From contig DASPSR010000028.1 of assembly GCA_035623825.1 (NCBI GenBank), positions 38,778 to 102,777 of the forward strand: DNA of 64,000 nt, given 5' to 3'. Of this stretch, positions 10,653-20,484 are shown in pieces. Positions within the stretch are counted from its first letter, which is position 1, and each line of letters starts with the position of its first letter. Both the position numbers and the translations under genes were made by a program. This stretch comes from Nitrospirota bacterium (GTDB lineage: Bacteria; Nitrospirota; UBA9217). The notes beneath the pieces are model-generated. The model did no database searches, was not told where the DNA came from, and saw only the letters and a list, made by a program, of their open reading frames with translations.

Positions 10653-11516
10653 CTATGGGGACGGTGACTGCGTTGGCGCAGAGGCAGGCTCCGTCGAGGA
10701 CGCGGCCTCGGCTGGAGACGCTGCCGGCTGCGCGGGCTGCGACGGCCTCTCTGCAACGGGCGAAGCGACCTTCAGGATCATGACAAAGGGCACAGGTTGA
10801 TCACTTGGAAACGCATTGAGACGCGTCCGGCTGTAACCGATCTTTCCCTCAGACTCGATCTGGCTGAAAAAGGAAAGCAGCTCCCTGGAGTTCAGGCTTC
10901 CGGATATTTCCCGCACCGAGCCGCTGAATCTTTTTTTCCCGAGTTCCCTATACCCCCTCATGGCTTCGTTGATCTTCTGGATGGCCGCTTCTTCATTTGT
11001 TACGGTCATCGAGACCTGCAGCGGCTCTAAATGGCGGACCACTTGATTGGGACGGGATGCGGGTGCCTTTATCGTCGTAGTCTCATTCGTCACTGGAGCG
11101 AGCGCGGTCTGGTCAGGCGAAACAGCGGGAGATGTAGAAGAGGGTGCCGAGTCAGCGGAGTCGGGCTTTTGGAGGTTCTCGATCTCCAAATCGCGGCGCG
11201 GCGGAGTGACCGCGTAGATGTAAACGAGCACGAGGACGGCGATGATGCCGGTCATCCACAGCGGCCGGTAAAGTATCTTCTTGAGCTTGGAGAGTCCGGA
11301 GACGCCCGCCTTCACCCGCTGCACCACCCCTTCGGGCGGCGTAATATCCTTCAAATACTGTTTGGCCTCGGCTGCCTGCTTGAGGGCCTGGAATTCGGTA
11401 TAGCACATGACACAGGATCGCAGATGACGTTCTATCCTGATCTGTTCCGGCATGAACAGATGGCCGTGCAGGTATTTTTGAAGTGATTTTCTGGTATATG
11501 CGCATTCCTTTTTCAT
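10653..11516 (-). CDS. zf-HC2 (anti-sigma-like zinc finger) membrane protein
   Basis: C..(x)..HLRSCVMC motif, one TM helix and a Pro/Ser-rich C-terminal region. Confidence 0.7.
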   Translation of the reverse strand: MKKECAYTRKSLQKYLHGHLFMPEQIRIERHLRSCVMCYTEFQALKQAAEAKQYLKDITPPEGVVQRVKAGVSGLSKLKKILYRPLWMTGIIAVLVLVYIYAVTPPRRDLEIENLQKPDSADSAPSSTSPAVSPDQTALAPVTNETTTIKAPASRPNQVVRHLEPLQVSMTVTNEEAAIQKINEAMRGYRELGKKRFSGSVREISGSLNSRELLSFFSQIESEGKIGYSRTRLNAFPSDQPVPFVMILKVASPVAERPSQPAQPAASPAEAASSTEPASAPTQSPSP

Positions 11517-11603
11517 GAAGACCACCTCATATAGCTCTCTCTTGACTCTTCCTGCTTGAAGATGGACTGCGGGTCACAACGGGAGTCTCTATTCACACTC
11601 GCA

Positions 11604-12407
11604 CTACACCCCTCCTACCTTCACCTGCTGCGCTCGAAGGGAGGAATCACCGAGGAACCACTTCCCGATCTTTTCAAATCGCGAAGGCGAGTCGGTGACG
11701 TAGAACTTTCGAATGCCTTCACCCTTTCCGTTCCCTCTCCACCTGAGCTTATCGAGTACATCCATGACTTCTTTTGCCGTCTCGGTGGCCGAATCGATGA
11801 GTGTGATCTCCGGCCCCAAGACCCTGCTGATCACCTTCTTGAGCAGGGGATAGTGCGTGCAACCAAGAACGAGGGCGTCGATTCCCCTGCCTCGAAGGGG
11901 CGCCAGGTACTTTTCCGCCACGAGATGCGCCACGTCGTTGTCCGTCCACCCCTCTTCGGCCAGGGGAACAAAGAGCGGACACGGCAGGCTGTGTACCTTG
12001 ATGTCAGGGGCGATCTGCATGATTGCTTTCTCGTAGGCGCCGCTACCAATCGTGGCCTCCGTTCCAATCACGCCCACCTTGCGGGTCTTCGTTGCCGCAG
12101 CCGCGGCCCGCGCCCCGGGCTCGAGCACGCCGATAACGGGGAGAGGGAATTCCTTCTTCACCGCCTCGAGGCTGATGGCAGACGCTGTATTGCAGGCTAT
12201 CACGAGCATCTTTATCTCCTGCTCGAGCAGAAAGTCCGTGTTCTCGAAGCTGTAGCGCGTGACCGTCTCGGGGGAACGTATCCCGTACGGAACGCGCGCC
12301 GTGTCGCCGAGGTAGATGATGTTTTCTTCCGGTAGCTTCGCCACGATAGCTCCGAGCACCGTGAGTCCGCCGATCCCAGAGTCGAATATGCCGATTGCCT
12401 TTTGCAT
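11604..12407 (-). CDS. murI: Glutamate racemase
   Basis: IGIFDSGIGGLTV, VIACNTAS and LVLGCTHYP. Confidence 0.98.
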   Translation of the reverse strand: MQKAIGIFDSGIGGLTVLGAIVAKLPEENIIYLGDTARVPYGIRSPETVTRYSFENTDFLLEQEIKMLVIACNTASAISLEAVKKEFPLPVIGVLEPGARAAAAATKTRKVGVIGTEATIGSGAYEKAIMQIAPDIKVHSLPCPLFVPLAEEGWTDNDVAHLVAEKYLAPLRGRGIDALVLGCTHYPLLKKVISRVLGPEITLIDSATETAKEVMDVLDKLRWRGNGKGEGIRKFYVTDSPSRFEKIGKWFLGDSSLRAQQVKVGGV

Positions 12408-12535
12408 AGTGATTTCGAAAACAGCTTGCAAAACCACACAGGAGTTCAAAAAACGAAAACAGATCACTCATCTCAAGGCCAGTGGCTTCAGTCTCCCTCG
12501 TTGCCCTCTGTGTTTCTTCGAGGGACCGGCTGTTG

Positions 12536-13132
12536 TCACTGTTTCACGAGATCCATCCTCTTGCCGAACGTCCTGGTAAGATCGATGTGACCGGCGAGCG
12601 TCTGCGCCTCTCTTCCATCGAGCAGGATCCGGATGCGCTTGATCTCTTCGATGTTTTGCATCAGCGTGTTTACAATCGCGTAGATCGCCGTAAGCTCCTC
12701 CCATGCAGATGCCCTGATCTCCTTTTGCGGGGCCGTGGCAAGATCGACATAGGCCGTTCCCATGGTGTCAAGATAGAGCTCTCTGAGCCTGACATCCTCG
12801 AGGAGCGCTGTCTGCGCGGAGCGCTTGTCAGCGAGCATGGCTGCGAGAATTTCCCGTGCCTGTGACTGCCCATCGGGCTGTCTCTTTACCGTAACGGACC
12901 CGGATGCCATCATGCCGTCCGAAGGAAAGTACAACGTGATCATGAGCGGTTCGTCCGGGATGGACGGTCCGGCAAGAACAGGCTGGACCGGTGCTTCTGT
13001 GTTTTGCGGCGCGCCAGGGTTGCGCATCAGCGTCCAGACATACACCCCGGCTGCAGCAATGGCTAAAATGATCACAACCACGCCGAACAGCAGCCGGTCG
13101 TGGCCTATCCTCCTATCGATTCTCTCTGGCAT
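12536..13132 (-). CDS. GerMN-domain membrane protein
   Basis: N-terminal TM helix, TLYF, TAYVDL, E..AIYAIVNTL and LLDGREAQTLAGHIDL. Confidence 0.88.
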   Translation of the reverse strand: MPERIDRRIGHDRLLFGVVVIILAIAAAGVYVWTLMRNPGAPQNTEAPVQPVLAGPSIPDEPLMITLYFPSDGMMASGSVTVKRQPDGQSQAREILAAMLADKRSAQTALLEDVRLRELYLDTMGTAYVDLATAPQKEIRASAWEELTAIYAIVNTLMQNIEEIKRIRILLDGREAQTLAGHIDLTRTFGKRMDLVKQ

Positions 13133-14132
13133 ACTGTTCGATCCCCTTGGCGATGGCCTCGGCCGCCTTTGCTCGGTCCTGGTCCATGCCGACCTCTACC
13201 ATTGCCGCGGCTGCGTCCATTGCCTTAAGCCCGGCAATCGGGGCCTGCACAGGCTCTGCGCCCTCTCCGCCCCCGAGCTGCCGCGCAAGTTTCCTGCCGA
13301 AACTGCCGCTCTCTTTCATATGCGCGGCCTGCTGCCTGCCCCAGAGTTTCTCCTGCTCTTCGCTCCCCGCTTCAAAACTGAGAAAATCCCGGTTTGCGGG
13401 CCGGGTCGCCTCCTGCCCCGCCAGATCATCATCGGGGTCCAGAATATAGACCCGCCCAGCCGAACCGGCTGCGGCATGGATGCTCACTATAAGCGTCGCC
13501 CCGGCAGCGTTCGCGATTCCGGCCCTCTCGTCGAGCGAGAGCGCCTGGTCCCTTTCCCTGGTCAGGACTACCCAGAGATGGCTGTCCCTCTGCAGAATTC
13601 TTCTGACCGCCTGCGCAAGTTCGAGGGTCAGCGACTTTTCCTGCCCCCGCGCCGTCACGATTCCCGTGTCCCTGCCTCCGTGCCCTGCGTCGAGAACGAC
13701 CACGACGGGCTTATCTGCTTGCACGGCCGGGGCCGAAGAAGCCGTGCCCTTCGCGATGTCGAGAACGATCCGGTCGGGCCCCCGGAGCACAAAATCCTTG
13801 ACGTCTCCAGCCGCAGCGTCCAGATGGATCAAGATAACGTTCCTGCCTGCCTCCTCCTTCGATTCCACACCGCTCACCACACCGTCATGGATGACCGGCA
13901 GCTGCGCCTTGAGGCTGAAGGGACCCTCGTAGGCGGAAAAGAGAAGCACTCTGCCCTCGGCGGTTCTCGTCAGGACATAGGGGGCCGCGGCCTCGATCTC
14001 GAAAACGATCCGTGTGAAGGCCGCATAAGAAAAATACCGCACGCCCCTCACCGTGAGTCCCTTTTCTGCTGAAAACGTGATGGCAGGCACCAACAAGAGG
14101 GACACAAAAATAAGCAAAACCAGCCTTCGCAT
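13113..14132 (-). CDS. N-acetylmuramoyl-L-alanine amidase (Amidase_3) with AMIN-like N-domain
   Basis: Signal peptide, TRIVFE/PDRIVLDI, VVLDAGHGG.D.G, EK, LTR, L.ER...AN, SIH and VEVG. Confidence 0.88.
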   Translation of the reverse strand: MRRLVLLIFVSLLLVPAITFSAEKGLTVRGVRYFSYAAFTRIVFEIEAAAPYVLTRTAEGRVLLFSAYEGPFSLKAQLPVIHDGVVSGVESKEEAGRNVILIHLDAAAGDVKDFVLRGPDRIVLDIAKGTASSAPAVQADKPVVVVLDAGHGGRDTGIVTARGQEKSLTLELAQAVRRILQRDSHLWVVLTRERDQALSLDERAGIANAAGATLIVSIHAAAGSAGRVYILDPDDDLAGQEATRPANRDFLSFEAGSEEQEKLWGRQQAAHMKESGSFGRKLARQLGGGEGAEPVQAPIAGLKAMDAAAAMVEVGMDQDRAKAAEAIAKGIEQYARENR

Positions 14133-14256
14133 ACAAGTAGGCATAGTAGCACAACAAAAAGATTTGTGCAAGAAAAAGGCTGAAAAAACCCTAAAAAAAC
14201 CAGTAAGTACAAGTAGAATTTGCATTCCCACCCTCCGCGTGTTAATCTATCGGCAG

Positions 14257-16191
14257 ATGAACACCATAAAGATATTCGGAGAATCCGGCATGATCAGCCA
14301 GGCCATGCGCACTGCCTACGAGCACCGTCCTCAGCAGATTGAGATGACCGTGGCCGTGGAGAAGGCGCTCGGCGCAAAGACGCATTTGATCGTCGAGGCG
14401 GGCACGGGCGTGGGCAAGAGCCTCGCGTACCTCGTGCCGGTAATCCTCTGGGCCAGAGAGGAGAACTGCCGTGCCGTCATTTCCACTTACACCAAAGCGC
14501 TGCAGCAGCAGCTCGTGGACAAGGACCTGCCCTTTCTGAAAAAGGTGGTCGGCGACTTTCGATTTGCCCTGTGCGTCGGCGGCGAAAACTATCTCTGCCT
14601 CCGGCGGTTCGACAATCTTCGCATGGGCGACCTCTATGAGCAGTCCGAGGTCCAGGCATTGAACCGGCTGTTCGAATGGTCCACCGTGACGCGAACCGGC
14701 CTGCGTAGCGACCTCGATATCGAGCCGCCCCCCGCTCTCTGGGGCAAGGCCTGCCGCCAAGCCGACCTCTGCTTCAGCAAGGATTGCGGTTTTTATAAGG
14801 ACTGCTTCTATCAGAAGGCCAAGGCCTACGAGCAGCAGGTGCAAATACTCGTGGCAAACCATCACTTGTTCTTTGCAGACATGGCCACAGGCGGCAACGT
14901 GTTGCCGCATTATAAAGCAGTGGTTTTCGACGAAGCGCACCAGGTCGAGGAGGTGGCAACGGATTATCTTGGCGTCGAGGTTACAAACTTCTCGGTTCGC
15001 TATCTGCTCGACTCGCTTCTGAGCCAGCGAACGCGCAAGGGCCTGCTCACGCGCCTCACCGCACAGGGTGCTGGGACGCAGATCGCGCGAAACATGGTCG
15101 ACGCTCTCCGGGTCATATCTGACAATTTCTTCCTGAACCTCCATCCCCTCCTTCACAAGGAACCGGCAATCAGGATTCGGAGGCAGAACTCCGTCCCCGA
15201 CATCCTGAGCGAACCCCTCACGGAGCTGAAAGACGCGCTCCTCGAACTTACGGTCGAGACGCACGAAGAGGAACTGGAGGTCAAGGCGTTTGCCGGCCGG
15301 GCGCAGACGCTTGCGACTGCCGTGCGCGTGAACCTCAACCAGTCAGCAGAGGGATTCGTGTACTGGGCAGAGCGGGAGAACATGCGGTACCGGCTTGTTG
15401 CCTCACCCATCGATGTGGCCGAAACGCTGCGTGAGAATCTCTTCGGAAAATTGGAGGTGGCAGTCCTTACCTCAGCCACGCTCTCGGCGGCTGGAACTTT
15501 TACGTTTATCAAGAGCCGTCTGGGCCTGGACGCGCCCATGGAACTCTTGCTCGACTCGCCCTTTGACTTCCAGAACCAGGCGATGCTCTACATCGCGTCC
15601 GGCCTTGACGACCAGCAAACAGCAGGTTATCAGGAAAAGTTCGATGAAGAGCTGGTATCCGTGCTTGCAATCACAAAAGGAAGAACACTTGTGCTGTTCA
15701 CGAGCTACGGTCAGCTCAGGAAAAGTGCCGAGACGTTGCGGCAAGAGATACCGGACCTCGGTTTGCTATGTCAGGGAGAGATGCCGGCCTACCGGCTTAT
15801 CGAGCAGTTTAAAAGCGCGCCGGATACGGTCCTCATGGGAACAGCATCGTTCTGGCAGGGCATCGACATTTCCGGCGATGCACTCCAGTGCGTTGTGATC
15901 GCGAAGCTCCCCTTCGCCGTTCCCGATGACCCTATCGTTGAGGCGCGCATGGAGCGGCTCAAGAATCCCTTTCTTGAATATCAGGTCCCGCAAGCCACGC
16001 TGCTGTTTCGTCAGGGCTTCGGCAGGCTTATCCGAACCAAGACAGACAAAGGCGCCGTTGCCGTGCTCGACTCTCGCATCATGACCAAGAACTACGGTAA
16101 ATTGTTTTTGCGGTCTATCCCGAAATGCCGGATAACGGATGAAAGGGAAGATCTCAAGAATTTTTTTGAAGGGCTACGGAAAGCGCAATAG
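14257..16191 (+). CDS. DinG/YoaA-family ATP-dependent DNA helicase
   Basis: RPQQ Q-motif, EAGTGVGKS, Fe-S cysteines, DEAH, SATL and QGFGRLIR. Confidence 0.95.
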   Translation: MNTIKIFGESGMISQAMRTAYEHRPQQIEMTVAVEKALGAKTHLIVEAGTGVGKSLAYLVPVILWAREENCRAVISTYTKALQQQLVDKDLPFLKKVVGDFRFALCVGGENYLCLRRFDNLRMGDLYEQSEVQALNRLFEWSTVTRTGLRSDLDIEPPPALWGKACRQADLCFSKDCGFYKDCFYQKAKAYEQQVQILVANHHLFFADMATGGNVLPHYKAVVFDEAHQVEEVATDYLGVEVTNFSVRYLLDSLLSQRTRKGLLTRLTAQGAGTQIARNMVDALRVISDNFFLNLHPLLHKEPAIRIRRQNSVPDILSEPLTELKDALLELTVETHEEELEVKAFAGRAQTLATAVRVNLNQSAEGFVYWAERENMRYRLVASPIDVAETLRENLFGKLEVAVLTSATLSAAGTFTFIKSRLGLDAPMELLLDSPFDFQNQAMLYIASGLDDQQTAGYQEKFDEELVSVLAITKGRTLVLFTSYGQLRKSAETLRQEIPDLGLLCQGEMPAYRLIEQFKSAPDTVLMGTASFWQGIDISGDALQCVVIAKLPFAVPDDPIVEARMERLKNPFLEYQVPQATLLFRQGFGRLIRTKTDKGAVAVLDSRIMTKNYGKLFLRSIPKCRITDEREDLKNFFEGLRKAQ

Positions 16192-16292
16192 CCGCGATTC
16201 GATTGTGCACCGCCTCCAGACGTGCAGAGCCGGTAAGCAGGATTCAGCCGCTTTTTTGTCACTCAGGCTATTCAACGCTCCGCCTCCTGTGC

Positions 16293-18242
16293 TCAGGAGG
16301 AGCAATGCTTTTTGAATACCAGGAGGCCCAGGGGTGGCAGAGTGAGCGAGAGCGAATGTCGCCTGCCGTGGATGGGCACGGCTTCACCCTCCGCACCCCC
16401 TGAGTTCCCGTATCCATCACCTCCGTATTCCGTGGCGTCGCTGTTCAACACCTCTTTCCACCAGCCTCCCTCGGGGATCCCCACACGGTAGTTGATTCGC
16501 GCAAGGGGCGTGAAGTTGAAAACCGCTAGGAATACATCCGTTGTTTTTCTGCTCCTGCGGATGAAACTGATGACGCTCTGCTCCTGATCGCTGAAATCGA
16601 CCCACTCGAACCCCGTATGATCGAAATCGGTCTCATGGAGAGAAGGCTCCATGCGGTAGATCAGGTTCAGGTCCCGAACCCACTGCCAAACCCCGCGATG
16701 CTCTTGATAACGCAACAGGTGCCAGTCGAGGCTCCGTTCATGGTTCCACTCATTCCATTGCCCGAATTCGCCACCCATGAACAGAAGTTTTTTACCTGGG
16801 TGCAGATACTGCATGCCAAGCAGAAGACGGAGGTTGGCCAGCTTCTGTTTTCCATTTCCCGGCATCCTGCCTGCAAGGGAACCCTTGCCGTGCACGACCT
16901 CGTCGTGGGACAGCGGGAGCATGAAGTTTTCAAAGAACGAGTACCAGATGCTGAAGGTGATCAAGCCCTGGTGGTACTTGCGGAAGATCGGGTCCGTGGA
17001 ATAGTATTCCAGCGTATCGTGCATCCATCCCATGTTCCACTTCATGCCGAAACCGAGTCCACCCACGTGCGCCGGCCTTGAGACCATGGGCCAGGCTGTG
17101 GACTCCTCGGCAATTGTCTGAACGTCTGGGAACATCCGGTATACTTCACGGTTCAGGCTCCGGAGGAAATCAATCGCCTCAAGGTTCTCATTGCCGCCAT
17201 AGGAATTCGGAATCCAATCGCCCTCTTTGCGCGCGTAGTCGAGGTAAAGCATGGAAGCGACCGCGTCGATCCTGAGACCGTCGGCGTGATATTTGTCAAG
17301 CCAAAACAGGGCGTTGCTGATCAGGAAATTGCGAACCTCGTACCTGCCGTAGTTGAAAATGCAGCTGCTCCACTCCGGATGGAACCCCTTTTTTGGGTCC
17401 GCGTGCTCATACAAGTGCGTTCCGTCGAAATATACAAGGCCGTGGCTGTCGTCCGGGAAATGGGATGGTACCCAGTCGAGGATCACGCCGATCCCCTCCT
17501 TATGAAGGCGGTCGATGAGATGCATGAAGTCCTGAGGACTGCCGTACCTGCTGGTGGGCGCGAAGTATCCGGTGATCTGGTAACCCCAGGATCCGTAGAA
17601 GGGGTGCTCCATCACCGGCGTGAATTCCACGTGGGTGAAGCCCCCCTCCTTGAGGTACGTGGCGAGGGGGTCCGCCAGTTCCCGATACGTGAAGGAGCGG
17701 CTGTTCTCCTCGGGAATCCTGCGCCACGATCCGGGGTGGATTTCGTACACGGAGATCGGCGAGTTCAGCGAATTTCTGCCGTGTCGGTCTCTCATCCAGT
17801 CGGCGTCGCTCCACGCATACGATGTATCCCACACGATTGATGCAGTTCTTGGCGGGACCTCCCAGAAGAACGCAAAGGGGTCGCCCTTGGTTGCCTCGTG
17901 ATTATTTATGCGGGAGCGGATGTGATACTTGTACAGCGTTCCGCGAGATACCCCAGGGATGAAACCTTCCCATATGCCCGAGCCGTCATCCCTCACGCGA
18001 AGCGCATGAGAATTTTTGTTCCATCCGTTGAAGTCTCCGATCACCGACACCTGTGCCGCATTTGGTGCCCAGACCGCGAAGAGGGTTCCTTCCATACCGT
18101 CCGAGGCCATGATGTGGGAGCCGAGCTTCTCATAGAGCCGGAAGTGGTTTCCCTCCTTAAAGAGGTAGATATCGTGGTCCGTCAGGAGGCTCACGCCGTG
18201 AAGCACGGCGCTCTTTCTTTTTTTCTCGCTTTTAACTTTCAT
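16293..18242 (-). CDS. glgB: 1,4-alpha-glucan branching enzyme (GH13)
   Basis: FAVWAPNA, YEIHPGSW, SWGYQ, LRIDAVASMLY, IAEEST and LSHDEVVHGK. Confidence 0.97.
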   Translation of the reverse strand: MKVKSEKKRKSAVLHGVSLLTDHDIYLFKEGNHFRLYEKLGSHIMASDGMEGTLFAVWAPNAAQVSVIGDFNGWNKNSHALRVRDDGSGIWEGFIPGVSRGTLYKYHIRSRINNHEATKGDPFAFFWEVPPRTASIVWDTSYAWSDADWMRDRHGRNSLNSPISVYEIHPGSWRRIPEENSRSFTYRELADPLATYLKEGGFTHVEFTPVMEHPFYGSWGYQITGYFAPTSRYGSPQDFMHLIDRLHKEGIGVILDWVPSHFPDDSHGLVYFDGTHLYEHADPKKGFHPEWSSCIFNYGRYEVRNFLISNALFWLDKYHADGLRIDAVASMLYLDYARKEGDWIPNSYGGNENLEAIDFLRSLNREVYRMFPDVQTIAEESTAWPMVSRPAHVGGLGFGMKWNMGWMHDTLEYYSTDPIFRKYHQGLITFSIWYSFFENFMLPLSHDEVVHGKGSLAGRMPGNGKQKLANLRLLLGMQYLHPGKKLLFMGGEFGQWNEWNHERSLDWHLLRYQEHRGVWQWVRDLNLIYRMEPSLHETDFDHTGFEWVDFSDQEQSVISFIRRSRKTTDVFLAVFNFTPLARINYRVGIPEGGWWKEVLNSDATEYGGDGYGNSGGAEGEAVPIHGRRHSLSLTLPPLGLLVFKKHCSS

Positions 18243-18492
18243 GCTGTCCCCTCCGCCAGTGCGGCATAAGTTAATATTACCACATTAACCGCATAAGGAC
18301 ATAGGTTCGCACGAAAAAAGCAGCAGATGAAGCGGCTCCGCATCTCTGAATCAAACTACAGGTGATGTCCATACCGCATTTCCCTGGTCTTTGTCTTTTT
18401 AAGCGGCTGCCTCTGCCTCTGAGCCCTAAGCCTTTGGATGTAATAGAGACGAACGAGTGGAAAAGATCTTACAAGATTTTAAAGGAATAAAT

Positions 18493-18643
18493 GAGCTGGC
18501 CAAGATCATGCCGACTGGATATGCAGGCCTCGATCCATCATTTGCCGTCCGGTCGGGAGGCTCATGCACGTTTGGAATTTTTCGGGGGAAACGTCTGATG
18601 ATGGCAACTGGTTCCTGCATGCGGTCGGATGGAGGGCCGGCTC
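18493..18643 (+). ncRNA. Candidate rod-like structured RNA of unknown family
   Basis: Four nested helices (9, 7, 7 and 7 bp) with G-U pairs on the + strand, in an intergenic region. See findings. Confidence 0.4.
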
Positions 18644-18753
18644 CGGTATGGAGTCGGGCGGGTCATGAACTATCTTTCTGATGCTTAGCTACGAAAGTGC
18701 ACATGAGGCCTAAGTTGCCCTGAGTGGTTCGCGATACGTGGCCCGATGACCTA

Positions 18754-19701
18754 CTAGGACGACGTCGGCCTGTCCAGAAGTTCAACAGGATAGCCGTGCT
18801 CGCGCCAGGCGCTGAGCCCCCCGGCAAGCGGTCGGACGCGGATTATCCCGCGCTGGATCAACTGCATTGCCACTCTGGCGCTCGACGCCTCGTTGGGACA
18901 TGTGCAATAGAGGACCACCTCGCGCTCCCGCGGCATGTCCGGTTGCTGCTTTAAAGATTCCAGCGGAAAGTGCAAGGCGCCTGGAATAATATACGGGTCT
19001 GCCTCAAAGTCAAGTGTGTGGCGTACATCGAGAATTATGATATCTTCACCTGCATCAATTTTCTGTTTCAGCTGTACCGGGGTTATGCGGGCGCTGAAGA
19101 GCTGGCGCAAAAAACGTCGTCGCAGAGCGTACTTCCGAAGGATATAGAATGCCAGGCCTCCGACCAAAAAAATCAAAACCGTGTTGCCAAATCGCAGCGC
19201 AAAGAAAATAGCGTCGTCCAGTTGTTCGCTGAACACGTAGCCAAGGACCGTGAACGAACCAACCCAGAGAATCGCCCCCAGGGCGTCAAAGAACAAAAAA
19301 CGTGACAGATGCATGCGGACGATGCCCGCTAACGGCGTCGTTACAGCGCTCAGGCCGGGGATGAATTTTGTCACGAGCAGAGAACGCTCGCCATAGCGCG
19401 CAAAGATGACTTCCGCCTTCCTCACGCAGTCGTCGGGCGCGAGAGAAATGCGGCAGAGCCAGGATAATATCCGGCCGCCGCTACGTCGGCCCATACCGTA
19501 CCAGAAAACATCTCCCAGCAGCGCAGCACAGACCCCGAGGCCGACGCAGACAGGTAAGCGCAAGTGCCCCATGCCGGCCAGCGCCCCGGCAGCGATGAAC
19601 AGCGGCGCGCTCGGCAGGGGAAGGCCGATTGTTTCTGCGAGAACCCATAAGAACAGCACGGTGTACCCGTGCTCTATCAGGAAGGGCAAAATTTCATGCA
19701 T
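18754..19701 (-). CDS. DedA (VTT) membrane protein fused to a rhodanese domain
   Basis: E..GLPLPS, LGD.FWY..GRR and KFIPG; C-terminal LDVR...IPGA...YCTCPNE..SA. Confidence 0.9.
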   Translation of the reverse strand: MHEILPFLIEHGYTVLFLWVLAETIGLPLPSAPLFIAAGALAGMGHLRLPVCVGLGVCAALLGDVFWYGMGRRSGGRILSWLCRISLAPDDCVRKAEVIFARYGERSLLVTKFIPGLSAVTTPLAGIVRMHLSRFLFFDALGAILWVGSFTVLGYVFSEQLDDAIFFALRFGNTVLIFLVGGLAFYILRKYALRRRFLRQLFSARITPVQLKQKIDAGEDIIILDVRHTLDFEADPYIIPGALHFPLESLKQQPDMPREREVVLYCTCPNEASSARVAMQLIQRGIIRVRPLAGGLSAWREHGYPVELLDRPTSS

Positions 19702-19836
19702 CCTTAATTCCGTGGTGTAAAATGAGCATATTGCTGATTCTAGTCTTCACTGGAGCGACATCGGTCGATCCTTGAACGAAACTCCACTGCTAACATTTTA
19801 CGCGCTGCTTTAATTTGCCGATCGGGTAATACCCTC

Positions 19837-20484
19837 TCAATAGGCATACTTTTCCAATTTCTCCAGCACTTCTACGTGCAGGAATTCTGAGGGAACAATA
19901 CGGAACTCCACTATATTGCTTCTTGTCTCATTCGGGATGGTCGGTTGGACGGCGCTAGCAAAGTAGGGCGCATATCTTATACCGAGTTCGGGCTCCAAGT
20001 GAAACAGGGCATCCTGAATGAACGCGGTCATTTGCTGCACTTTCATCCTCTCCATGATAGTAGCATCCGTCATCCCGTACGAAGGGTAGCGGCCGATGAT
20101 CAGCACCTGGCTGATCTCGGACCTCATATGGTCATCCGTCATAAGGGACATAAAGATGCGGGAGACCTTCTGCAAATCTTCCCGTGCCGAGGCCTTCGGA
20201 GTTCCATCCTTAGAAAACAAAAGTGACGTATCCATGAGAATAGAACTCGTCTTGACCTTGAGTCCACTGATCGATTTTGCCCCGAATTCCTTCTCGAATA
20301 TCGCGTTTATGCCCTTGGTAAATTCGTTTCGCGGCTGTGAAAGCGCAAGGGCGGGTTCCAGAAACCGCTGGATCTTGACCGCCCGGTAATAGAGGAGTGC
20401 GCTCAACAGCACCAAACCAATCAGCGTGAAGCTGAGGATCGGTCCCGCGGGCGGCACATATTTCAGCAGGGCTTTGACGTTCAT
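19837..20484 (-). CDS. Single-TM protein with a degenerate OmpA/MotB-like C-terminal domain
   Basis: One TM helix, then DTSLLFSKDG, VLIIGRYP and SNIVEFRI in the order of the OmpA_C motifs. ATGA overlap with the upstream gene. Confidence 0.5.
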   Translation of the reverse strand: MNVKALLKYVPPAGPILSFTLIGLVLLSALLYYRAVKIQRFLEPALALSQPRNEFTKGINAIFEKEFGAKSISGLKVKTSSILMDTSLLFSKDGTPKASAREDLQKVSRIFMSLMTDDHMRSEISQVLIIGRYPSYGMTDATIMERMKVQQMTAFIQDALFHLEPELGIRYAPYFASAVQPTIPNETRSNIVEFRIVPSEFLHVEVLEKLEKYAY

